Positions 33,968 to 39,675 of a stretch of 39,675 nucleotides of DNA are shown piece by piece (the first letter of the stretch is position 1; every line of letters starts with the position of its first letter). Position numbers and translations under genes: made by a program. The notes beneath the pieces were generated by a model. It searched no databases, was not told where the DNA came from, and saw nothing but the letters and a program-made list of their open reading frames with translations. Origin of the DNA: a virus; IMG/VR virus record IMGVR_UViG_3300034010_000197. One strand, 5' to 3'.

Positions 33968-34118
33968 CTGTAGTAGACTCAAGATACGAGTTATACTAAT
34001 AGATAATAAGAGTATCGATGTTATCACATCTTACACGAGTTCGATTAAAATACTCTCTACTCTAGAACGATAAACACAATGAAACTAATAGTTACTCTAT
34101 ACACGGTCTAATAGAGGT
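33968..34118 (+). repeat. Conserved promoter-proximal leader element, copy A (candidate cis-acting RNA)
   Basis: Aligns by hand with the reverse complement of 39092..39233. The 37-nt core 34011-34047 has one difference. The 22-nt block 34064-34085 has one difference. A terminal ACGGTCTA(A)TAGAG block is also shared. Confidence 0.7.
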
Positions 34119-34172
34119 ACTCATAAACTAAAATAATAATGCTTAAGGATATCTGTATCTATTATATTTATC

Positions 34173-34201
34173 TTGTAATATATGTATATGTGTGATATAC
34201 T
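34173..34201 (+). promoter_or_regulatory. Candidate second promoter upstream of the first rightward gene
   Basis: TTGTAA (34173-78), 17 nt, TATACT (34196-201), 25 nt upstream of the ATG at 34226. Confidence 0.35.
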
Positions 34202-34225
34202 TAAAGTATATAATAGAGGTGTGTT

Positions 34226-34498
34226 ATGACAGATAAATTTTCTATGATAGATAGGATGAATGAAGCCTTATCATTAAGGGACCACGAAGGTTTCTTTGTA
34301 CTATTAGATAAATACATAACAACCTACTACGATTACGGCTATGTATCAGATATGCTTGGTAATAGTACTAGTGCAGAAGTGCTTAGTAATATGGTTAGAA
34401 GCGGTAAAATAACACTAAGGATGCTAAATGTAGTATTACGTACGTTAAAAATCAAACTACGTCAAGAATCCCCACGCAATTATGAGGAGGTAGAGTAA
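34226..34498 (+). CDS. Hypothetical protein, possible HTH regulator
   Basis: 90 aa. AGAGG SD. MLGNSTSAEVLSNMVRSGKITLRMLNVVLRTL is weakly HTH-like. Confidence 0.4.
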   Translation: MTDKFSMIDRMNEALSLRDHEGFFVLLDKYITTYYDYGYVSDMLGNSTSAEVLSNMVRSGKITLRMLNVVLRTLKIKLRQESPRNYEEVE

Positions 34499-35088
34499 TG
34501 CAGATATCTTCAGCCGGAATTAGATTAATCATGGACTTAGAGGGAATCAGTAACAAACGGTACAAAGATAGTGCTGGTCTAGATACTATAGGTGTAGGTC
34601 ATCTTATATTGGATAATGATCCTAACTTGCATAAAGTTACTGGTATATCAAATAGTGATGAGGTTAAATCCCTTACTGACGCACAGATAATGAGGCTATT
34701 AGAGTTGGATTTGGTAGGTTTCATTGCAGAGATTGATAGGGTAGGAGTTATATTTACTCAAAGCCAGTTTGACGCACTAGTAAGCCTTGTTTTTAATATA
34801 GGCGTAGGAAACTTTAGAGGATCTACACTATTTAAATTATTATCTAGGCATAAAGGATCTAGGATACCAGATAGTAGAGTAGAGGATATATCACAAGAGT
34901 TTGGTAGATGGAGATATGCTGGTAAGAAAGAGATTAGAGGTCTTCTAGTAAGAAGATTGATAGAAACATTTATTTTCCTTGACAAAGCTAACGAGGATGC
35001 TATAATAGAAGGTGTAAGAGCTTCAGATATGGATTATATAATCTCCGTCTTTGAGGATTACAAAGTAAACAGAGCTCAACGAATTTAG
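34498..35088 (+). CDS. Endolysin, GH24 lysozyme (T4/lambda type)
   Basis: E15-x8-D24-x5-T30 catalytic spacing in LIMDLEGISNKRYKDSAGLDTIGVGH. QFDALVSLVFNIGVGNF. No N-terminal TM or SAR segment. Confidence 0.85.
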   Translation: MQISSAGIRLIMDLEGISNKRYKDSAGLDTIGVGHLILDNDPNLHKVTGISNSDEVKSLTDAQIMRLLELDLVGFIAEIDRVGVIFTQSQFDALVSLVFNIGVGNFRGSTLFKLLSRHKGSRIPDSRVEDISQEFGRWRYAGKKEIRGLLVRRLIETFIFLDKANEDAIIEGVRASDMDYIISVFEDYKVNRAQRI

Positions 35089-35097
35089 CGGGTAACT

Positions 35098-36105
35098 ATG
35101 ATTAACAATTTATACAACATCAGAGACTTAGATCCCGACGTTAAGGTTTATCTAGAACCACAGTTTAAACGTACACGTAAACCATCAGATTTGGTAGCAG
35201 AATTAGATAAGTTTGTTATTGGTCAAGATGCAGCTAAAAAGGCATTAGCTATTGCTATGGTTAACCATGAGGTTATAACTGAACACAATAGAAGGATTAA
35301 GAAGTCTGAAACTAGATTAAAGAAAACTAACTTAATGCTAGTAGGACCATCTGGTACAGGTAAGACATACTTATTAGAGGTTATAGGGCGTACATTAGGA
35401 AAGGACGTAATGGCCGTAGATATATCATCTTACACTCAAGCAGGCTATGTTGGTAGAGATCTAGACTCAATTATAACTGAGGCATGTGCTAGGTGCGACG
35501 ATAATCCCGAAAGAGTGGAAAACATGATCATCTTCTTAGATGAGGTTGATAAGCTATCAGACCAAGAGGGCGTAGGTAAGGTCGGTACATTGGCCGTACA
35601 ACAACAACTACTAACCCTTATTGAGGGTCAAGAGGAGTATAATGTAACCAATGATAAAGGACGCAATACCGGCTTCCAAGTCGACACCCGTAACATCCTT
35701 TGGGTACTAGGTGGCGCATTCACTGCGTACAGAGAATCAGCTATTAAGAAACTTAAGAACCCTACCACAATAGGCTTTGCTACGGAAACCAAAGAACCAG
35801 AAGAGTTTGTGTTCGATCAACAACAAGCTATTAAAGCTGGATTACTAAGGGAATTAGTAGGGCGTATAGGGCAAGTTATAGAGTTACATGACTTAAGCAG
35901 AGAAGAGTGCTACAGAATTATGGTAGAACCAGTAGATTCTATAGTTAATCAGTATAAGATATTAGGGGAATTAAGAGGATTAAATCTAACACTAACCGAG
36001 AAGGAGATCTGGGATATAGTGGACGAAGCAATCCGCTTAAAGCTTGGTGCACGTGGATTAAGGACACTGGCAGACAAGTTAATGAAAGATCGTATGTATA
36101 TATAA
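35098..36105 (+). CDS. clpX: ClpX-like AAA+ unfoldase lacking the N-terminal zinc-binding domain
   Basis: Colinear with ClpX: LDKFVIGQDAAKKALAIAMVNH, Walker A GPSGTGKT, pore-1 loop AGYVG, Walker B IIFLDEVDK, QVDTRNILWVLGGAF, IGF loop TTIGFAT, sensor-2 GARGLR. There is no Cys-cluster N-domain. Confidence 0.85.
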   Translation: MINNLYNIRDLDPDVKVYLEPQFKRTRKPSDLVAELDKFVIGQDAAKKALAIAMVNHEVITEHNRRIKKSETRLKKTNLMLVGPSGTGKTYLLEVIGRTLGKDVMAVDISSYTQAGYVGRDLDSIITEACARCDDNPERVENMIIFLDEVDKLSDQEGVGKVGTLAVQQQLLTLIEGQEEYNVTNDKGRNTGFQVDTRNILWVLGGAFTAYRESAIKKLKNPTTIGFATETKEPEEFVFDQQQAIKAGLLRELVGRIGQVIELHDLSREECYRIMVEPVDSIVNQYKILGELRGLNLTLTEKEIWDIVDEAIRLKLGARGLRTLADKLMKDRMYI

Positions 36106-36119
36106 GGAGGATTTAATAT

Positions 36120-36419
36120 ATGGCAGATCGTAAATTTATATCAAGATTGTTCCTAAACAAGGCAAAGGACTCAGGTAAAGTATATCTGAAAGGTACAATT
36201 AAGATAGCTAAAGAAGAACTAAAGGCCTTCCTACAGAGTGATGGATCAGTAGAGATACCAGTATTCGGGCACACATTCGAAGGTAAAGACAAACAAGACA
36301 ATGTATATAAAGCATATAATTTAGAGGTAGTATATGAAAGTAATTCTAAAGACGTTAAAGGTTTTAAAAAAGAGAATACTAAAACTTTTAAAAACAATTC
36401 TCTAGATACACCATTCTAA
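36120..36419 (+). CDS. Small Lys-rich protein co-transcribed with clpX (possible ssDNA-binding or partner protein)
   Basis: 99 aa. AAGGAGG SD. The C-terminus ...NNSLDTPF resembles the SSB-type D-x-P-F tip. A terminator follows. Confidence 0.4.
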   Translation: MADRKFISRLFLNKAKDSGKVYLKGTIKIAKEELKAFLQSDGSVEIPVFGHTFEGKDKQDNVYKAYNLEVVYESNSKDVKGFKKENTKTFKNNSLDTPF

Positions 36420-36452
36420 GATAAACATAAGACAATAATAGTTATACAAAGA

Positions 36453-36484
36453 GGGGGCTAGCAATAGTCCCCTTAAATATTTTA
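36453..36484 (+). terminator. Rho-independent terminator
   Basis: GGGGGCTA (36453-60), GCAA tetraloop, TAGTCCCC (36465-72). The stem is 8 bp including one G-U pair and is followed by ttaaatatttt. Confidence 0.7.
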
Positions 36485-36544
36485 CTGGACTTTACTTAAG
36501 AAATGTAGTACTATTATATTATAGATAAGAAGTTGAGGTACACA

Positions 36545-36715
36545 ATGGCCTACAAATTCAAAGTAAGAGACGAGTCTCCGGAAGATATGGATACCAAAGA
36601 TATCTTACAGTATCTAGATAGAATGAGAACTAACTTTAAAGACAGTACAGATAAAGATGAACTTAAATCATCGCTAGAATTCTTAAAGAATATGTTAGGA
36701 GAGGATAATAAATGA
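36545..36715 (+). CDS. Hypothetical acidic protein
   Basis: ATG at 36545 (MAYKFKVRDESPED...) with a GAGGT SD 6 nt upstream. The track ORF begins at an upstream TTG. Confidence 0.5.
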   Translation: MAYKFKVRDESPEDMDTKDILQYLDRMRTNFKDSTDKDELKSSLEFLKNMLGEDNK

Positions 36716-37266
36716 CAATAAGAATATTTAAATCTATAGAGTATATGGATAGAGATGGGGAGCAGCCAAGCTTTCATTTGTACCAAGCAAAGAAGGTTAG
36801 GTACAACCCAGAGTCAACAGTTATACAGGCATTTGATAGGGAACCTATACCTCTAGTTGCATTATCTAAGGATGACCTACTACAGTTAGTTAATGATATC
36901 AAATATGCCCTTGAGAATGAGCCTATAGTTAATGAAAAGCTACTATGTGATACTCTAGATGTAGACTACCAATCCCCATCTGATATAGAATCTATACGTG
37001 TATTAAATGAGGTAACGTCAGTTATAGTGAAAGAAGTGCCACAAATAACACATACTAAGTTAGATGCTAAGGATGATGATAACATAACTATACAAGAAGA
37101 AATATGTCGGCAAATGGTTAAGGACATATCTGATACACTTGATATAGCACGTCTAATGCGCAACGAAGACCATAGTATGGATTATATATACTATGAACTG
37201 ATTGACGATCTAAACCAACTAATAAATGAGCTAGCTGACGAGTTAGAAGGAGGAGCAAATGAATAA
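36712..37266 (+). CDS. Hypothetical acidic protein
   Basis: 184 aa, Asp/Glu-rich, with an ATGA overlap with the upstream gene. Confidence 0.5.
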   Translation: MTIRIFKSIEYMDRDGEQPSFHLYQAKKVRYNPESTVIQAFDREPIPLVALSKDDLLQLVNDIKYALENEPIVNEKLLCDTLDVDYQSPSDIESIRVLNEVTSVIVKEVPQITHTKLDAKDDDNITIQEEICRQMVKDISDTLDIARLMRNEDHSMDYIYYELIDDLNQLINELADELEGGANE

Positions 37267-37450
37267 TGACCTAAAGAAAGTAGCATTAGCTATCAAAAAA
37301 GACCCAGAAATAGTAACTAGAGTGGTACAATCATTATATGAAGACTTTGTAATACATGGATCACACGAACGACTAGGGAAAGAGATGATGCAATTCGGTC
37401 TAATTATACGTCAAGCAGGACTTATAAACAATAATGGAGGTGTACAATGA
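37259..37450 (+). CDS. Hypothetical protein
   Basis: 63 aa. GGAGGAG SD inside the upstream gene's end. Confidence 0.45.
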   Translation: MNNDLKKVALAIKKDPEIVTRVVQSLYEDFVIHGSHERLGKEMMQFGLIIRQAGLINNNGGVQ

Positions 37451-37716
37451 ACATGGCAGTATTACCACAATCAGTTGAGGATGTGTTGTTCGCCACACGA
37501 GGCGATATGACAATGGAAGAGTTTGCTGCAGAGTTAGGTGTCAAACTTAAGACATTAGAAGGTGTAATGTACGATGGTAAGAAAGTACCAGCAGCATTAG
37601 ACAGGGCATACTGCAATTACGTAGATGTATTCCCAGGTTATCTATTATGGGTAGAACAAACCTACAAGAGGGCATTAAAGTCCTATCTAGACTCTTACAA
37701 TGAAACATGGAGATAA
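37447..37716 (+). CDS. Hypothetical protein, possible HTH DNA-binding
   Basis: 89 aa. MTMEEFAAELGVKLKTLEGVMYDGKKVP is HTH-like. ATGA overlap and GGAGG SD. Confidence 0.4.
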   Translation: MNMAVLPQSVEDVLFATRGDMTMEEFAAELGVKLKTLEGVMYDGKKVPAALDRAYCNYVDVFPGYLLWVEQTYKRALKSYLDSYNETWR

Positions 37717-37721
37717 GTAGA

Positions 37722-37859
37722 ATGAGATACAGGATCAGATCTAAACGTACATTAGCAGCAATAGCCTATAATGAGTATCTAGTACACGATGATATTAATA
37801 AACTAATCGCAGCCCTAGAGCTAATAGAATTAGGTGAGTTTGAAGATGAACATAATTGA
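37722..37859 (+). CDS. Hypothetical 45-aa protein (not in the ORF track)
   Basis: MRYRIRSKRTLAAIAYNEYLVHDDINKLIAALELIELGEFEDEHN. Fills the gap between neighbouring genes. Confidence 0.35.
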   Translation: MRYRIRSKRTLAAIAYNEYLVHDDINKLIAALELIELGEFEDEHN

Positions 37860-38184
37860 GACAGAAGAGCAGTATAACCAGGTACTCAGGCGTATTGATG
37901 ATATATGGGACAATACTGACAACTATGATGAACTAGATAGATTATGTGCACTAGTTGAGGAATATGAAGCAAAACACTATAATATGGGAGATCCAACGAT
38001 GTCATATGATTACCTTCTATATCTAGAGAGGAGCTTGGATACAATAGAGAAGCAAGACGCCTTCATTGAGGCCTCATTTGAGGACTATAAGCGTCACCTA
38101 AGCCTAACCTACCTGATATCAGAGCTAGAATTCATAAATAAGATACGTAATACACATGCGAGGGCCAAAGATGGTACAGATTAA
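37846..38184 (+). CDS. Hypothetical protein
   Basis: ATG at 37846 (MNIIETEEQYNQ...) preferred over the GTG at 37834. Confidence 0.45.
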   Translation: MNIIETEEQYNQVLRRIDDIWDNTDNYDELDRLCALVEEYEAKHYNMGDPTMSYDYLLYLERSLDTIEKQDAFIEASFEDYKRHLSLTYLISELEFINKIRNTHARAKDGTD

Positions 38185-38599
38185 TATAACTAAGGCAGAT
38201 GGCGTAGATATACCTTCATATGCAACATTATATAGCTCAGGCTTGGATTTACAAGCCAATATAACTCAATCTATTATACTACAACCACTAGAACGTGTAA
38301 TTATACCAACTGGGATATCAATTGAGCTACCAATAGGATACGAAGCTCAGGTTAGACCAAGGTCAGGACTAGCAGCTAAGTATGGAATTACGGCACACTT
38401 TGGCACAATCGACTCAGACTATAGGGGTGAGATTGGAGTTATACTAATTAACATGAGTAAGGATGAGTTCGAGGTTAAGCCTCTAATGCGTATAGCACAG
38501 CTTGTAATAGCTAAGTATGAGTATGCTGATCTACATGTGGTTGAATCATTGAACGGAACCACAAGAGCTAGTAATGGCTTTGGATCAACTGGACTGTAG
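38171..38599 (+). CDS. dut: dUTP pyrophosphatase (canonical trimeric dUTPase)
   Basis: All five motifs are present: SSGLDL, RPRSGLA, GTIDSDYRGEIG, RIAQLVI, and C-terminal RASNGFGSTG. Start MVQINITK with a GAGGG SD. Confidence 0.9.
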   Translation: MVQINITKADGVDIPSYATLYSSGLDLQANITQSIILQPLERVIIPTGISIELPIGYEAQVRPRSGLAAKYGITAHFGTIDSDYRGEIGVILINMSKDEFEVKPLMRIAQLVIAKYEYADLHVVESLNGTTRASNGFGSTGL

Positions 38600-38855
38600 T
38601 AATAACAGTATGAATAACAGAGTTCACGTGTAGGATGAACCACAGTATACACACTACACTGTATTGTAGTCCTACATACCACAATGTGTTAATAATCAAG
38701 GAGATAGGCTGATGTTGGTGTGTACTATAGTGTACTACTGATCGGTGTCCCATAGCCCCTAGCTACTACAGTCTCCAAAAACAGGAAAAACCCTATCAAA
38801 CCCAGGCAGAATCTATCTGTGCGGGATTTGGATCTATATATAGTGTTTGCGGAAA

Positions 38856-38882
38856 GGGGTATACCCAAAATATCTGTACCCC
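38856..38882 (-). terminator. Weak candidate terminator of the short leftward unit
   Basis: GGGGTA (38856-61) pairs with TACCCC (38877-82). On the minus strand the stem is followed only by TTT. Confidence 0.25.
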
Positions 38883-38931
38883 CTCGGTGTGGCGTTAAAG
38901 TTGATGGTACTAACGGACAACAATATCGAAA

Positions 38932-39066
38932 TTATTTTTTATCAGCGGAATCACTAAGGTAGCTAACAAGGTCATTAAGATTGTCTCTAAGGTCAATCCT
39001 ATTGGATTCTTTCTCGAAGTCATCCATTATGATTAGTAAGTGAGCTAGAATTTGATCATCAGACAT
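38932..39066 (-). CDS. 44-aa acidic protein expressed from promoter B (not in the ORF track)
   Basis: MSDDQILAHLLIIMDDFEKESNRIDLRDNLNDLVSYLSDSADKK. AAGGA SD 6 nt upstream. It is the only ORF downstream of promoter B and its leader. Confidence 0.45.
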   Translation of the reverse strand: MSDDQILAHLLIIMDDFEKESNRIDLRDNLNDLVSYLSDSADKK

Positions 39067-39091
39067 AGCTATCCTTAAATTGTGAAGTATA

Positions 39092-39233
39092 CTCTATAGA
39101 CCGTTTAGTGAGTATCTTTATGTTTCATCGTGTTTATCGTTCTTGAGGAGAGGAGAGTCTAATCGAACTCGTGTAAGATGTGAGAACATCGATACTAGAA
39201 TTATCTAAAATTATAATCGTATCTTAATCTCAC
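39092..39233 (-). repeat. Conserved promoter-proximal leader element, copy B (inverted relative to copy A)
   Basis: Its reverse complement aligns with 33968..34118. The 37-nt core at 39160-39196 differs from copy A at one base. Confidence 0.7.
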
Positions 39234-39239
39234 TACAGT

Positions 39240-39269
39240 ATAATAGCAAAGTTAAATTGGTCATGTCAA
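39240..39269 (-). promoter_or_regulatory. Strong sigma70-type promoter B (leftward, faces promoter A's operon)
   Basis: On the minus strand: cTTGACA (39269-64), 18 nt, TGcTATTAT (-10 at 39245-40). The hexamers, spacing and flanking bases match promoter A. Confidence 0.7.
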
Positions 39270-39366
39270 GTAGTTTAACAAAAATTTAACATAACTATCA
39301 ATCACTAAATGTTACAAATTGTTACAATCAATGTAGTAGGGGGTTTCCACCCCACATAATAGAGTA

Positions 39367-39395
39367 TTGAGTAGAATACCTTAATGTGGTATAAT
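39367..39395 (+). promoter_or_regulatory. Sigma70-type promoter of the virion (late) operon
   Basis: TTGAGT (39367-72), 17-nt spacer, TGgTATAAT extended -10 (TATAAT 39390-95). It sits 24 nt upstream of the terL ATG and is followed by a GAGG SD. Confidence 0.7.
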
Positions 39396-39418
39396 AGACT
39401 CCTTATTCGAGGTATCCC

Positions 39419-39675
39419 ATGACAACTAAGATAATTAAGAGTCCATATCAACCTAGGCCATTACAAGCCGATCTACATAAGGACTTACGTAAATATAATG
39501 TGGTAGTTGCTCATCGTCGTTTCGGCAAGACATACTTCTGTATCAACGAGATGATCTTTAGAGCGCTACAGTGTCAGAAGAATAGACCGCAGTACGCCTA
39601 TGTTGCCCCAGAGAAAGCACAAGCTAAGAAGATTGTATGGGGTATAATGAAGGACAACACAGGCTTCCTGCCTGA
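39419..39675 (+). CDS. terL: Terminase large subunit, N-terminal part (continues at position 1 across the circular junction)
   Basis: ATG at 39419 after a GAGG SD: MTTKIIKSPYQPRPLQADLHKDLRKYNVVVAHRRFGKTYFC. Walker A is RRFGKT. It is in frame with ORF 17..1198 (offset 132 nt). Confidence 0.9.
   Translation, partial: MTTKIIKSPYQPRPLQADLHKDLRKYNVVVAHRRFGKTYFCINEMIFRALQCQKNRPQYAYVAPEKAQAKKIVWGIMKDNTGFLP
39535..39675. repeat. Second copy of the 141-bp terminal overlap
   Basis: Identical to 1..141 by direct comparison. Confidence 0.95.

Noticed and set aside
34036-34047. tRNA-like GAGTTCGATT (T-loop-like) sequence in both leader copies
   Set aside because: The flanking bases cannot form a T-stem, and I could not draw an acceptor, D-arm or anticodon cloverleaf. 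I found no tRNA genes anywhere in the window.
36113-36397. 94-aa minus-strand ORF
   Set aside because: It mirrors the plus-strand ORF 36120..36419. That ORF has an AAGGAGG SD and lies in a plus-strand operon ending at the terminator at 36453.
33926-39269. Invertible 5.3-kb segment bounded by the inverted promoter-leader repeats
   Set aside because: No invertase or recombinase gene is present. The repeats are only about three-quarters identical, and each carries a functional-looking promoter facing inward. Regulatory duplication is the simpler explanation.
1-39675. CRISPR arrays, integrase/attP, toxin-antitoxin or known defence cassettes
   Set aside because: I saw no regularly spaced direct repeats, no tyrosine or serine recombinase motifs, and no recognisable defence-system domains. 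The gene content is that of a lytic podovirus.

Overview
The window is a complete, circularly closed phage genome. The first 141 nt are identical to the last 141 nt, which gives about 39,534 bp of unique sequence, and the join falls inside the large-terminase ORF.

Layout:
- One long + strand virion operon (39419 -> wrap -> 22325) with T7-like order: terL, three small low-complexity proteins, portal, scaffold, gp10-like capsid, gp11/gp12-like tail tube, gp13-like, three internal-core proteins, fibres, a glycine-rich protein, and a GTA-type 3-TM holin.
- A - strand replication, recombination and nucleotide operon (33770 -> 22393): micro-ORF membrane peptides, HNH, ClpP, YqaJ exonuclease, anchored ClpP-fold protease, Erf, family-A DNA polymerase, AdoMetDC-like enzyme, gp4-type primase-helicase, exonuclease, degenerate dUTPase, and a dNTP pyrophosphohydrolase domain.
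- A + strand operon (34226 -> 38599): GH24 endolysin, ClpX-like unfoldase, small acidic and HTH proteins, and a canonical dUTPase.

I found no phage RNA polymerase, integrase, tRNA, CRISPR array or reverse transcriptase. Transcription appears to depend on near-consensus sigma70-type promoters.

Most worth following up:
1. A duplicated promoter-plus-150-nt leader module in inverted orientation at 33926-34118 and 39092-39269.
2. A phage-borne ClpX (no zinc-binding domain, IGF loop kept) plus ClpP, and a third membrane-anchored ClpP-fold protease.
3. A tandem trio of Gly-rich proteins that share a (S/T)TLLG(G/A) C-terminus whose codons also form the next gene's Shine-Dalgarno.
4. A run of 26-37 aa single-TM micro-ORFs that the ORF track misses.
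5. An HNH nuclease fused to a TerS-like motif, in a genome with no recognisable small terminase.

All functional calls come from motif recognition by eye. No database search was run.
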